Notes under the pieces: generated by a model | Seen by the model: the letters and a program-made list of their open reading frames with translations, nothing else | Databases searched by the model: none | Told to the model about the DNA's origin: nothing | Translations under genes and position numbers: made by a program | NCBI GenBank assembly: GCA_951406725.2 | Contig: OX597815.1 | Span: 114,514,001-114,578,000, forward strand | DNA: 64,000 nucleotides | Origin: Octopus vulgaris | Lineage: Eukaryota | Direction of reading: 5' to 3' | Shown here: one piece after another, positions 27,391-41,770 of the stretch | Layout: the number at the start of each line of letters is the position of its first letter | How positions within the stretch are numbered: position 1 is the first letter of the stretch

Positions 27391-27899
27391 TTGGTATTTG
27401 TTCTTTTGTTCTTTGTTTTTTTTTTTACATTTTAAAGAATGGAATTAAAAATCATACTTGTAAATATAGATTATTAATTATGGAAACACATATTCGAAAC
27501 AACTGGTTTCTTTTTGGACAATGGATGGTTGATTTATCTTACCAGCTCAATAGAAATAATATTAGAATGATGTAACAAAATCTATTAATCTGAAATGTTC
27601 CTGTTCTTCGTTTCCTTTTGTATCTTTTTTATCTTTAACCCATATTTCAATGGTGTCCATGCATTCATATATAATACACATTCCCTATTTCTTCAACTAC
27701 AACAGAAACCAGGGATTTATGGAAGAAAAGCTTTATATTACTCAGAACATATGAAATAAGGGCTAACTAAACTTCTGAAAGCAAGCATGGACGTTTAGGA
27801 GAAATTTATGAAAATGCTTTAGTCAGGCAAAGCCTTACGAAAATTTGTTGTAAGCACCAGGCTAAATACCCTAATGTATATGACATTCTTTGTATGCAT

Positions 27900-28325
27900 T
27901 CTCATTCCAAATATTGCGCGAGTGGGTATAAGTCGATTACATCGATCCCAGTACTCAACTGGTACCTATTTTATCAACCCCGAAAGGGTGAAAGGCAAAG
28001 CCGATCTCGGCGGAATTTGGACTCAGAACGTGAAGGCTGACGAAATACTGCCTTCGATTCTGCCAGCTCACCGCCTTATACTTGCTTGTTAATATTAAGT
28101 CTTAACAAGATGGCGTGCTGACAGAATCGTTAGGACGCCAGGCAAAATGCTTAGCGGCATTTCGTCCCGTCTTTACGTTCTGAGTTCAAATTCCGCCCGG
28201 GGTTGACTTTGCCTTACATTTTTTCAGAGTCAATAAAATAAGTACCAATTTATCAATAGGGTCGATGTAATCGACTTTCCCTGCTCCGCCGAAATTGCTG
28301 GCTTTGTATCAACATTTAAAACTCG
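27900..28325. mobile_element. Head-to-head pair of family-A SINEs (minus 27900-28078; plus 28108-28325 with 15-bp TSD)
   Basis: tattaagtcttaaca at 28093-28107 and 28326-28340. Confidence 0.88.
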
Positions 28326-29434
28326 TATTAAGTCTTAACATTTGATATTATGGATATTATTTGTAACAGTTAGTTAGCTTCTATATTCAGTATATTTCGA
28401 ATTCTTTTCTTTTTTTGTTTTTACAGCGAAAGAATTCTTACACATAAATAAATATGTAAAATATATAGTTGGAAATCGCATTAACACTTCTAAAGCTTTT
28501 GCACTTGTAGTCCGGTATTTCATTATGATGTAATCCAAAATTTTATCAGTTTCACTTAGTAGAATTTTTATTTATGGAAAAATCAGTTGCAAAATCTATT
28601 TGCTGTTTCATTTCTTCCCATGAAAGATTAAGTTTAACGAGTTTGCAAATGAGTTTCCAATCCAAATGGGAAATACTGATATTATTTTACACATAGAAGG
28701 CAAATGATATAAAAGTAAATCTTTTGTTTGATAGGAAAAAACAACTATGAGTTTCAAAACACTGGATATCATTAGCAACATAGTAACGACACAGTTTTAT
28801 TTTGCACTTCAAAAGTGACGTAGATGAGTGTGCGCCGCCCTGGGCAGCACCTGAGACCCCCATCCCGGGTCACTACAGCCTATGCAAGCTTATACAACAG
28901 ACCCAAAAGTGCCTCCACCATAAAAGCGCCACTTTGGACGGTACGCTCCTCGCCTCAATTCCACCCCACACACTAGCTACATTACTGTATTGCAGTGCAT
29001 TCATGTAATCAATTTAATCGCCCTCCACCCACCACATCATTGGTACAAATTTTACCGATACTGGAAGAATGAAAGGGCAAATCATTCTACAAACTAGTTT
29101 TGAACTCTCGATGTAAGAAGGAAGCAAAAAAAACTGCAGGTACCACAGAATCGTATAGTTAACAGCCGTAAGCAACTGCAGCACTGTAAAATTGTGCCTT
29201 ATTAGTCTAAAGCACTGGATTCAGTTGCTGTTAAAAATATGGTAAAATAAATATTGAATCCCATTGGCTGTATTTACATAGCCAATTTATCATGGCAGTA
29301 TGTATAATAAATAACAGGCCGTCAGGCATGAGAAGGGAAGAGATTTTGCTGTTTTTCTTTATGTGTATTTCTGCATGCATTGTATACTTGTACAGATGCA
29401 TATGTATGTGTGAGTGCGTATATATACACATACA

Positions 29435-29468
<34 letters not shown>

Positions 29469-29481
29469 TATGTGTGTATGC

Positions 29482-29548
<67 letters not shown>

Positions 29549-29754
29549 TCTTTGAGATTTAAGTTCTTCGTGAAATTCAAACCGATCGTTACAAAGTTAT
29601 TTCCAAAGTCAGTTCCAAGCATCTGTGAATATACGAATGTGTTAATGTAAACATATATGTAAGTGTATCCTTGACTACGTAATGGGTGAACATGTTTCTT
29701 TAGTACACGACTATGTGCGTGGTTATTTTCTATGAGTGCGTCTGCATGCTAAAT

Positions 29755-30010
29755 CTCTTTCACTCTTTTATTTGTTACAGTCATTTGACTGCAGCCATGC
29801 TGGAGCACCGCCTTTAGTCGAACAAATCGACCCCAGGACTTATTCTATCGGTCTCTTTTGCCGAAATGCTAAGTTACGGGGACGTAAACACACCAGCATC
29901 GTTTGTCAAGCGATGGTGGGGAACAAACACAGACACACAAACATACACACAAACATACACACAAACACACATATATACATACATACATACATACATACAT
30001 ACAGACAGAC

Positions 30011-30058
<48 letters not shown>

Positions 30059-30212
30059 ACGGGCATCTTTCAGTTTCCGTCTACAGTATCCACTCACAAG
30101 GCTTTTGTGGGTCCGAGGTTATAGTAGAAAACACTTGCCCAAGGTGCCATGCAGTGGGACTGAACCCAGAACCATGTAGTTGGTAAGCAAGCTACTTACC
30201 ACACAGCCACTC
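29755..30212 (-). mobile_element. SINE family C (tRNA head, internal microsatellite)
   Basis: Head gagtggctgtgtggtaagtagcttgc...gggttcagtcccactg, internal (TA)/(TG) tract, tail gctccagcatggctgcagtcaaatgactg. Confidence 0.9.
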
Positions 30213-30759
30213 ACACATATAATTTATATATGTGTGTAATCATTATTTTAAAATAATTAGAATTATTCCTATAAACAGGATGCTGGTTTCTAACAAAGAA
30301 CAATGTTCCTACTGTGGAATTTAGATATCAATGACAAAGAATTGCATACTGAGATTTAGAAAATTCTTTCATATTTTTATTGCTCTTCTTCTTGACTGAA
30401 TTAGACGATCACGTCCTTTACTGTAAAGCTTTAGCTTTTAACATAACCAAGTAACCAATAATTAAGGGGTAAAGTGTCTATTTATAATGGGTTTGTGCGG
30501 TTGTTTAACCCTAGGCTGATCTGTGATCAAAGTTGCTCCAGTTCCTTTTTTTTTTATCTAGACACGGTATTGTCAAATGTATCCTTCCTTTTTATAATGG
30601 TAGGCGGTGATTTCAAGATGATTTAGTTGCTATTTCCAGCAGGTCTGGTAGCCGTGAAGAGGCTCTCTCTTTGACTCATTTTCATCTGGGTAGACCAGTT
30701 ATGTATGTACGTATTTGCACATCCGCAGGAGAGACAGACAGAGTCCCTTCAATAATGGT

Positions 30760-31330
30760 CCTTTCTACTATAGGCAAAAGGTCTGAAATTTTGAGTGAGG
30801 GGGCTAGTTGATAATATCAGTCCCAGTACTTGACTTGTACTTATTTCATCGACCTCGAAAGGATAAAAGGCAAAGTCGACCTAGGTGAAATTAGAAATCA
30901 GAACGGAAACACGTACGAAATGCCGCTAAACATTCTTCCCGGCATGCTAACAATTCTGCCAGCTCGGCCTCTTATTTTCATATAATCAGATACAGAACTT
31001 AAGAACATCAATTAATCGAAGTTGGTTTTAACATGTACCATGCTTTCGCAAATGGTTTTAGGGGACGATATTGCAGTAAGCAGACACAAGCAGACTTTTA
31101 ATCCTGCATGATATACAAACTATGATTATTAAGGAGTAAATGATTAAGGGGTAATAGAGAGAAAATGGGGCAGCGCTACACTCTTACCAGGGTCGTACAT
31201 TATTTATCGACCTCGAAAAGATGGAAGGTAAATTTGACCTTGGTAAGATTTCAACTCAAGGCGTAAAAAACCGGTAAAGATATTGTAATGCATTTTATCC
31301 AACTCTCTCACGACTCTACCAACTCGCCTG
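30760..31330 (-). mobile_element. Two older family-A SINE copies (30760-30970, 31140-31330)
   Basis: Degenerate atcgacctcgaaaggat..aaggcaaagtcgacct cores. Confidence 0.75.
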
Positions 31331-34300
31331 CAACACTAAATAAATTGAATATGATGGATTGATAGTGAGTCAATATTTTTAGCGATTTTAAAAATAAAAA
31401 GAAATGGAAAAACAGATAAATCTATATGTGAGAATGCATGTACGATCAAGACGAAACCAAACGATTATCGAAGTTCATCTGCCGATACCTAGTTAGGTTC
31501 TCGTTGCAGTACTTCTTTAAATTTTTAAAGTTTTATTTATTACGTTTTATGTTCTTTCTCGTTCAGCTTTTTTGTTTCTATTTTACCATTATTTTTATTA
31601 TCTCTTTCTTAATTTTTTTAATGTAAATCAGATCACTTCCACCGTTTTCTGCCTCTACCCCCACTCTTTCTCTCTCTTTCTGTCTTTTTCTTTTTTCTTT
31701 CATTCTCTTTTTACCTCCTGCCTCACTCTTTTTTCTCTATCTCCCCCTTCTTTCTCACTCTTTTTATTCCCTTCCTTCTGCGTCTCTACCTCACTTTATT
31801 CCACCTCATCCTCTCTCTTGTCCTTCTCCTTTAGCTTTCTGTCTCTCTCTCTTTCTAACCCTTCTCTTCCACCTCACGTCCTCGATTTTGCTTTCACCAT
31901 TCTTCTCCAATTTCCAGCTTGAATTATTCGCTTCATTGATACTTCACCCCACCAACCTCCGAGTTTTACATTTTAAAGATAAAAGCGAAGTAAAAAGACG
32001 ACCAAACGCAAACGTTTTCCTTCTTTACACACCATTTATTTTCTTTTTCTCAATTTTGTCTTGAAAATATCTAATCTGATAATCGATTTATTTTGTTTAG
32101 AATTTAATGTAAACCCATCTATCTGTGAAGTACCCCAAACATCTTTAAACTAGATAGTCAAATAACGCACACAAGAATGCGTACACATGCATATACATAC
32201 ACACCACCATCATGTACAAAGGCACATATAGTTCCCATGTGTATATGAAAAAATTCTTATAATGTATACATAAATACATACATGCCCCCCCCACACACAC
32301 ACACACACATGTACGCGTTCGTGTTTTATTTTTCTGTCTTATTTAAGTATTTTTCTTTGATAAATTTAAGATGGTCAGTAACAAAGCGGCAAGACCTTTC
32401 TTGAGATTGGTGGAGATGTCAATGGTTTTATATGTGCATGCGTTTGGGAATAAACTCTCACTCATGTAATGACATTGACTTATCCTTTTGTTTCTTAATG
32501 CCACAAACTGGGAAAGATGTGTTTCATTCATACACAAAAGTTCTGGTTCTCACCTCGCTTTAATCATCCTATTATTGCAATTTTCGCTTTCAAATAAGAG
32601 TTAAACGCCGTCTTTTCACACCTTATGCAAATTGTTTACTCATATTAACACTGGAATATATCTTCTCCCAAGGCTGTATAATATATAAGTAGATAAATGT
32701 AATACTAAAAAGTTAGACACTCAAGATTGTTCCTTCTAGCTTCAGTGATTGAAGCACTCTTTCAGGAGGTAGTTTCGTCAATAATTTTTTCTTGCTGAGG
32801 TAGGACAGCAAATTGGCACAGTCGTGAAAACCCTGAATAAAATACTTTGCGATATTTGTTCCGACACTCTGCGGTGTGAATTCCAATCCCTTTGATGTCA
32901 ACTTTGCCTTTTATCCATCAGAAGCCGATAACATAAAGACCAGTCAAGATCTGATAGTGATTGGCACCAACTAACCCCAAGGTCGATACTATCTATTAAC
33001 CCTTCCCCTCAGAATTGATTTGTGCCAAATTTAGATACATCTGCTTCCCATGATTTAGAAATATTTTCAATAGCAGCTTTTTATATTACCAATTATATTA
33101 TCTTTCAGTAGCAGCTTCTATATTATATTATGTGCTTCCAAACTTCGACAGTGAAATTCTATTTTTTTATGTTATAATTTTGAGTAAAGACTCTTCTTCA
33201 AAAATTAAGCTTTAAAAGTAGCAATTATCTCTTTGGTCCATAGACTGTAAAAGAAGTGTCGTATTCGGGTGCAAAAAAAAAAATATATATATCACCTAAT
33301 TCACACAAGTCACTAAAGTACAACAGTAAGAGTGGCAGCATTGTCTAAAGCTGATAAAAAAGTAAAACGGCAAACTTATGTTGAAAAGTTGAAAAATAAT
33401 ATTAAAAAAATAAAAATACTTCTACCCGATGTTAGAACACCATCTGAAGGAAATTTATACAGATTTTATATGCCCTGCGATTTTATGTGCGAGACACGAA
33501 CATAGGTTTTAATGTAAAGTTATCTTTGGCATTTCTTTCCAACTGGGATGTTTCAAAACAACAAATCTGTATCACAACTTGTATTTCTTTGAGAAAGTTA
33601 TTTTTAAGCTATTAAATCCCAACGGAATACATGTTCATCATCATAAATCCTTTCTTTGATAAATCTTTTCAAAACATATTTTTCCTGTTGCATTTTAGAT
33701 TACACTTGGTGACTCACATCTTATACTAACATTGTGAATTTCTGTTCAAGTTTTGAATTTGTAAAAACCAACCAGAACGAATAATAAAAGTTTCTTCAGT
33801 TCCTACGAGAATCTTATTTTCTGTTTTGGTGTGTTTTCTTTAATTCCAGAAAAGATGCTTTGAGCATTCATCTCAGTAATCACAGTGGTTAAAATAATTC
33901 GTTTTTGTTTGCAATCTTCCTCCATCTTTTCATATACAAGACATTTCAATTCATAACAATGCTTTTTGCTTGCATACCGGAAGTTAATGCACTTTTACCT
34001 TTTGTTTTCTTTTTTTCTGATAGTCATTTACGTTTTTATAACTGTTCGTATATTCGTTTCGTTCTTTCCTAAGTCCCAGCCTGTTTTTGGTTTGCTGTCA
34101 AGCCTTCCAAGTCTGTAACTTCTAATTTACCATCTAAAGTTAACAGTATATCATTCTTAATAACAGAGCGTTTAAAACCAGATTTTCTTTTACCACTAGT
34201 TTAGATTAGAGTATTTTTTCTTTGTATTTTGGTGTATATTACCGTACTAATTAAGGTTAGACACCTAGTTACAAGAACGCAGAAACAAGACTCCTAGGGC

Positions 34301-34739
34301 AACTAATTGCCAAACAAGAGTTCCTGCTAAACGTATTGCTTTGATTTGCTACTTTGACACGTGACCTTCATTGAGTTAGTCTCTGCACCGCCAAGGTATA
34401 GTTAGTACATGTGCATATACATCTTGTACGTTTGCTGTGTTTGATATCAATTTATAATTTTCAGAGTTTACTTTTAATTTATAAAGCATGTTTATACGAG
34501 AACGTTTTATTCGAAGCCGTGTTGTGTGTGCGCGCGCGTAAAATATTATTTAGACGATATAAATTTAGCTTCATAACAGTCAATTTGTTACCGAACGTAG
34601 TGAAGAAAAGTTCGTGCTGAATGTGGAAGGGTTATGAACGGGTCTTTTATGAAATATTTACTGTATTTTTAAAGTTTTCTCTTTAAAATATTTTTTAATA
34701 TGCCAAAAAATCTTTTTGTAATAGTATTCGCTTGAAAAT

Positions 34740-35212
34740 AATTTTAAAAAACATTAAAATATTGTGTTTAAAGAAAGCTAAAATATAAATACTTACTGAA
34801 CAAACAGCTTACATGTTTTGAAATCACATTCACTTAAAAATATTCCGAAATGATTAAAATATTGTGTTTAACAAAAGCGAAAATAGAAACATTTACTATT
34901 TAAAAAAACTCGTATTTTTCGTTGTCAAGTCACTGTGTCTGATAGAAACATAAGAGTTTCTTCCTTTTCAGGATGAAGATTATTTTCGGAATATTTTCCC
35001 ATTATGCTCCGTTTGGGGAATTTATACCCGAAAACCTCTATCTCTAAAATTACTTGTCCGATTTACGCGAAACTTATTTTATTCCGTTCGATTTAACATT
35101 TCAGGGTAAACTTAATTCAAAGTATTTTCCCATTAAGCGCCAGTTTGGCTGGGTTACATTGCAAGCAAGCAAGCAAGTAAGCAAACAGGCATTTTAATGT
35201 ATTATATATATA
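34740..35212 (-). mobile_element. Probable Helitron-like remnant with internal ~100-bp-period duplication and (GCAA)n
   Basis: attaaaatattgtgtttaa repeated at ~34753 and ~34853. Ends (gcaa)n-caggcattttaatgtattatata, like the 5' ends of microsatellite-bearing non-autonomous Helitrons. Confidence 0.4.
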
Positions 35213-35974
35213 ATACTTCACAATGCAGCAAAGTTATAATAATTAAATAACAGTTTGTTTATATCTAATATTGTAATTAGTATCTACGTATAAAACATTA
35301 TATGTCTGTATGTGCGTACACGTGTGTGTGTGTGACATATCTACCATAACATGATAACTAGCTAACATCTAACCCAATAACTCTTGTATACTACTAAATT
35401 TCTGATGAACCGGTTCTAATAACAGACTAAAATCTCCAATTAAACATAGGATGCCAATAAGCCTTAACATGAATATAACAGAATAAAAACAATTAAACTA
35501 GACTGAGTCCTATGCTAGACAATAGATAAATCCTAAATAGCTAGGACATACATGGGGATGATATCGATATACTAAACAACACAAAATACCCTGAAGAATG
35601 AGCCAAAGCGAGAAAAGTTTAAACAACTACATAAACATTACAATAACAGCAATTTGATCTAATTAGATATAAGCCTCCCACTAACAGCTGTTCAATTAGA
35701 AATCATTATGGTTTCGATACCAGGCAGCACCGTTCAATCTAACGGGTTCCACAGCTCAAAAAATATTTAAATGCAGTCTACAATTACAAGACGTAACGAA
35801 AAAAGTAAAATGTCGCCACATACGTGTGCATGCTTTAAGGCAGAGACCCTACATGATACAGGTACCAAACCAACAACAGTGTAAAATGTAAATGTATATA
35901 ACCTACCTGGAATCCAACAAGATTTAAACCAAAGATTCACCAGGATAAATGGAATTGAAAGGATGAACAAACAT

Positions 35975-36360
35975 AGGCATAGGCATGGCTGTGTAGTTAA
36001 GAAGATCGATTTGCAGTCACATGGATTTGGGTTCAGCCCCACTGTTCAGCACTTTGGGCAAGTATCTTCCACTATAGTCTTGGGCTGACTACTATCTTTT
36101 GAGTGAAATTGCTAAACGAAAACTGTTTGAAAACCCGTCACATGTGTGGATGGGTGTGTGTGTTTGTGTTTGTCCCCCACTCCTTTTGCTGCTTGATAAC
36201 CGGTGTTGGTAACTTGCCGTTTCGGCAAAAGACTCCGTTAGAATAAGTTCCAGATTTTAGATAAGTAAGTACTAGGGGTCGTTTTGTTCGACCAAACCCT
36301 TCAAGGCGGTGCCCCAGCATGGCCGCATTCCAATGACTTAAACAAGTAAAAGATAAAAAT
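35975..36360 (+). mobile_element. SINE family C copy
   Basis: ggcatggctgtgtagttaag...gggttcagccccactg...aaggcggtgccccagcatggccgc. Confidence 0.85.
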
Positions 36361-36675
36361 AAATAAACTAGTGCTTAATAAACAAAATTAGCATAAGAAA
36401 TAAACAGATTTAAGCAATCACTTATTAAATCATGAGTACTAAAACAGAATTAAACAAAACGAAAAAGCACTTCACATTAGTGTTAATTAAACAATAAACC
36501 AATTAAAATTACAATCAACGTAACGAGAAATTCAAAAGCCATAATTACATATGATGCTTGTAACAGCAATACCAGCACCGTAAAAAATAACTAAAACTCA
36601 ATGCGATGCATGAGATTAAACGATAAAAAAGACAATGGTACATAATGAACAAAATTAAAATAAAGAAATTTACAA

Positions 36676-36844
<169 letters not shown>

Positions 36845-36877
36845 CAGACAGACATCATATCTATATATTATATATAT

Positions 36878-36919
<42 letters not shown>

Positions 36920-36927
36920 TTTATATG

Positions 36928-37207
36928 CTAGCAGAAAGACTGCCCACCGGGCGGTTTCTGCTGGCCACTTGATAATATTTTCACATTTGATCCCCAATTC
37001 TAATAAGTTTTATATTTTACATCTAATTCTTTCTTTGTATAATAGTGCACACTTGCTTTCATTATTCTATCACTGCCATAATCTGTCTTTTTTAAAAAAA
37101 CATCAAGGTAGTTCAACTACGAAGGGGAAGCAATTTGTCAAGTTTTACCTTCCCCTAAAGCAACATAGAGGTTTCAATTCAGCAGCCCATATGTAAGCTC
37201 TACAGTA

Positions 37208-37241
<34 letters not shown>

Positions 37242-38980
37242 GGAGAGAGGGTGAGAGTATATTGCAAACAATGAGTGAAATAAGGATGAAATGAAAAAGG
37301 TCATAACTACAGATGTATACGACCCCAACTTCGTTGCTTCATAGCATCCAGAAAAATGGACACTTTTTAATGAAATTTTCTACAAATGCCGCTTAGATGG
37401 TGTAGCTTCAGAATATATAGGGATTTATGGGAAAGAACTTTTTGGAGGGGGTTGAGAGAGGAATTTCGTAATATTCAGACGATCCAACTTTTTTCCCTCA
37501 TAACTTACAGGAAAATGGGTACCTTGTAATGAAAGTTTATACAAACACCTTTCAAACGGCATAGATTATGATTATAAAGAAATTTGTGGGGAAAATTTTC
37601 CCGGGGTGTGGGGTGAGGAGTTTCGGATCGGGGAGACCAAATAAGTTAGAACTACTCTGTTTTGACGGGGATTTTCCCCATTCTTTTCTTTTAACCTACA
37701 ACCTTCGAAATGATAGGATGGGGGTTCGTCTTTGTATGAAAAAAGTTTTGAAAAATGTTTTTTACAATCCCCACCTCCCTCATCATCCCACTACGGGCCT
37801 ATTTTGGCCAAATTTTTTTCTTTTGCTCTTCAAAACCATGGAAGGAGCCTTTTCGGTAGAAAAAATTTTTTAAATAGTTAATATTTCCAGAGGGAAGAGT
37901 GAGTGATTTGAGGGAGATTTGGCTGTTTTTTCTAGCACATCCCAAGACAACCCACCTCATTTCTTAATCACTCTCGCATGTATTGGTGTTTTTCAATATT
38001 TTCTTCCCATAAATACATTTATATGCAATAAAAAACAAAATTTGAAAAAAATATTGATTTTTTTTTTTTTTGCAAGCCCACTCCCTGGCCCCGATCGTTT
38101 TTGTTTATGAGTTTAAATACTGGAGAGCCTGAAAAGGTCATTGCTGGCATTTATCCACAGTGATTTTTAAAACGGGTTATGTAAACAATAATTCATTTTA
38201 ATAGCATACTTTTCTGATAGAAAATGCTTTTTCTTACGCACACACACAATTTCGCTTGATTGAGGTGGGGGGTAAAAATTTAGATTACAATTTATTTTAT
38301 TGTTGCTTATATTCCACCAATGGACCACGCGTGTGTTACTTCGGCATCATTATTCCATAAAATATGTTTAATGGGAGAAAAATATTGAAAAAAACATCAA
38401 TACATGTGAGAGTGGAGACGGAGTGTGATTTGGATTGTGCTAAAAAACAAAACAGCCAAACTTCCCTTGAATTGTTCACTTTTTCTCTGAAATTATTTAC
38501 ATTTTTTTATTTTTTAACCGAAAAAAGCTCCTCTCATGGTTTTTAAGTTTAAAAAGATGGCCAATATTGGTCCAAATAGTTATTATTGTAAGGCATAGCA
38601 ACAAAATCACTTAACTTTTTTTTTACAAAAATTATACCGGTATATTAAAAAATTTTCATTCAATAAATGTTTTTACATTACGTATATAGAATAAATTGTG
38701 TGTTTTGCAAATAGCGAATAAAACTTGAAATGAAAACATTGAAATAGAGAGTGAGAGACTTTGCAAATGAAAACGGAATGCTCCGCAGTAAATGCAACGA
38801 ATATTTAAATTTGTGAAAAATTGGAGTTCAAAAATTCAATAAACTTCAGAAATCGAACTCACAGGAAATTTCTTGGAACATGAATTTATATAAAAATTTC
38901 CAGACGGTGAAGCCTTTAATAATTGTTTTCTTTTAGTAACTTACATAATTAATAAGCAGCTTTCTCCATTATAATATAGG
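36928..38980 (-). mobile_element. Probable ~2 kb non-autonomous Helitron
   Basis: Left end CTAGcagaaagactgcccaccgggc is a minus-strand hairpin + CTAG. Right end ttataatatagg resembles the tatatataga end of the 12473 Helitron. Internal diverged ~165-bp tandem units at 37350-37620. Confidence 0.55.
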
Positions 38981-38994
38981 TATATATGTATGTA

Positions 38995-39798
38995 CGAGAG
39001 GATACCCAAAAGAAACCGTAATTTTGCAATAAAATTTTATTCATTTAGTTTTACCTATTTACACTTTTATCGGCTTCAAAGTATTCTCCATTTGAAGCAA
39101 TGCATCGGTATAGACGCGTCTTCCACTTTTCGAAGCAGTGCTGGAACTCTTCCGAAGTGATGCCTTTTAACGCCTGCGTCGTTTTTTCTTCACCTTTTCC
39201 ATATCTGCAAATTCCGTAGCACCAGCTTTCATCACCAGTGATGACTTTCGAAAAGAAATCCGGATCAACTTCCAACTATTCTTTTAGTTCACGACACGCA
39301 TTCAGTAGTGACTGACAAATGTTTGCTGCGATTCTTTTCATTCGCAATTCTTCACTCAAAATTCGTTGGCAAGAGCTCCAGGACAAACCAATCATATCAA
39401 CAAGTTCGTCAATTGTTCAGTGACGGTCCTCCAAGATGAGTTCATGAATTTTCATCACGTTTTCATTCTTTTGGGAGGTTGACATTGGTCTTCATTCCTA
39501 AAGCGTGAAAACTTCGTAAACTTGTGTTTTGCTCATGGCAGCGTCCTTGTAAGCTGTTTGAAGCATAACAGCTTTTTCGGTCGCCGTTTTCCTCAGCTGA
39601 AAACATAACTTTACGAAGCACACTGTTTCTTGGTTTCAGTCATCGCAAAAGTCGATGAACAGAGGAGAAGCACTGCAAAACAAAGACGTGCCACTGATGT
39701 CTGAGGGTTACATCAAGTGGCTTCTGGCTGCAGAAGCCCGAACTGCAACAGACTTCTCCCACAGAGAACGTTTCCGGTTACTTTTGGGTACCCCCTCT
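38995..39798 (-). mobile_element. Internally deleted mariner element
   Basis: TIRs ta|cgagaggatacccaaaagaaaccg and cggttacttttgggtaccccctct|ta. Minus strand encodes FFSKVITGDESWCYG and FQHCFEKWKTRLYRCIASNGEYFE. Confidence 0.93.
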
Positions 39799-40190
39799 TA
39801 TATATACATATTTATACTATACATATATATATATGTATATATATATACATACATGTGCGTATACACATACACACACACACACATTATATGCCTATGCATG
39901 TGTGTACCTGTGTGATGGGAAAGTATTGTATCTTCAGGGCATATGGTGTCGAAAATAGAAATGTTTTTTTATATCATTTCTAAATAATTTTTTTCAAATT
40001 TAGAGTGCATATTTTTATTGTACAATTTAACAAACCTACATCACGCGAAAATCGACTTTGCCTTTCATCATTTCGATGTCGATAAAATAATTAAAGATCA
40101 AATATTTGGGCCGATTAGATCTACCACACGCTTCTCCGAAAATGTGTGACTTTGTGACAAAGTTATAAAATCAATATTAATGAACGCGTT

Positions 40191-40267
<77 letters not shown>

Positions 40268-40472
40268 GTGTGTATAAATATAAGCATTTATACACACACA
40301 AGCCATCGAGTGACTGGAATCATTGTTATGCCATATATACAACAACTACATAATTCCTTTATACATTCACTACATTCAACATACATTCACTTAGAATTTT
40401 GTTATGTTCTCTTAGTAATCATAAAGATCGATGTTCTCTTATGTTATGAAATGTGTGTGTGTGTGTGTTTGG

Positions 40473-40515
<43 letters not shown>

Positions 40516-40807
40516 TAGTTTTAGAGACAGTCCAACTCAATCAGCACTGAAAACTTTATACCCGACCACTCCATAAAATGTTAAATATTGAATATTATAC
40601 TAACTATATCAATTCTGAATCCCGTATTTTCCGTTTATAAGACTACACGTGTTTCACGAAAGTACGCCTGTATTGATTAAATACGAGGTATCTAGTTTCA
40701 ATACTTAATCGGGTCGACATACTCCCAATTTTCAGGTCTGGATTCCTCAACATTATTCACTACCCCTACCTATTATATACCTCCATGATACTGTATATCT
40801 TTAATAT

Positions 40808-41410
40808 AATCTTAACTGATTGAAAGTATTATCACGTACATGTTTTTTCTTGGTGTAAAAGATGGGCTACGGCAAATATTCTGTTTAATACCACAGATTT
40901 GCTTGTCAGTTGTTTGACCTTCACCAGTTGAGCATGTCTCTTAGTGGCTGACAATGTGTGCATCTCTGATCACGAGCAGAAGTGGTGGAAACGCATCATA
41001 GCCAGTTGTTGGGAAGAATTCTTTGGAGTTTGTATAATTCACCTCTGGAAACATGAGTGCATTCTTCAACATCCTTAAACAACCCTTATTCAGGGACTTT
41101 TTGAGCGGGATGGACTACTCGACCTGAAGATAATTCTAACTGGGTCTCACCTGCAAGGTCATGCACTGTCTATCTCGATATGAGATCACCATGTCGCGCA
41201 TATATGGTTGCGATGCATGTGCTTGGTGTACCTTTATCAGACGAGTAGTCATGATCTGTGTATTGGACTTTGTACATTTGTACCCCAGTGTCACTTTGAT
41301 GGCATGCACTGCTCTCTCACTCAAGAAGAAGAAGAAGAAGAAGAAGAAGAAGAAGAAGAAGAAGAAGAAGAAGAAGAAGAAGAAGAAGAAGAAGAAGAAG
41401 AAGAAGAAGA
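40808..41410 (+). mobile_element. Family D copy (~515 bp) ending in (GAA)n
   Basis: Colinear with 19338-19800. The 3' end ctctctcactca runs into ~29 GAA units. Confidence 0.88.
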
Positions 41411-41547
41411 ATCCTATCGAATTTTGGCACGATGGTGGAAATTTTGAAGGAAGGGAGTTTGTCGATGACATCGAACCCAGAAATTGACAGATACTTTATT
41501 TTGCCGACCTCACCCCTATTAATGTTGAAAGGCAAAGTAAACCCGGT

Positions 41548-41770
41548 TCCTTATGATGTACCAAGTTCATCTATGATGCATCGCGTGAGGTGGAGATTGT
41601 CGCGAATAGATTTGTTTGAGATGAGACGTGTCTGTGCATCACCGAGAATACTATCAATGACAAGTACCAACGTCTTGGCTAACAACTTGGCCAAAATCTT
41701 AAATTCTGCACTTCGCAGAGTTACGGGTCTAAAACTATCAAAGTCTTCCCCCTTAGTTCGCACTCCAGTA
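41548..41770 (-). mobile_element. Tx1/L1-type reverse transcriptase fragment
   Basis: FRPVTLRSAEFKILAKLLAK.L..VIDSILGDAQT...SIRDNLHL matches RT domains 1-2. Confidence 0.85.

Noticed and set aside
35400-35620. ctgatga / ctgaaga hammerhead-like cores (also at ~352 and ~63645)
   Set aside because: No properly placed stem II, GAAA and cleavage triplet with a pairing stem I.
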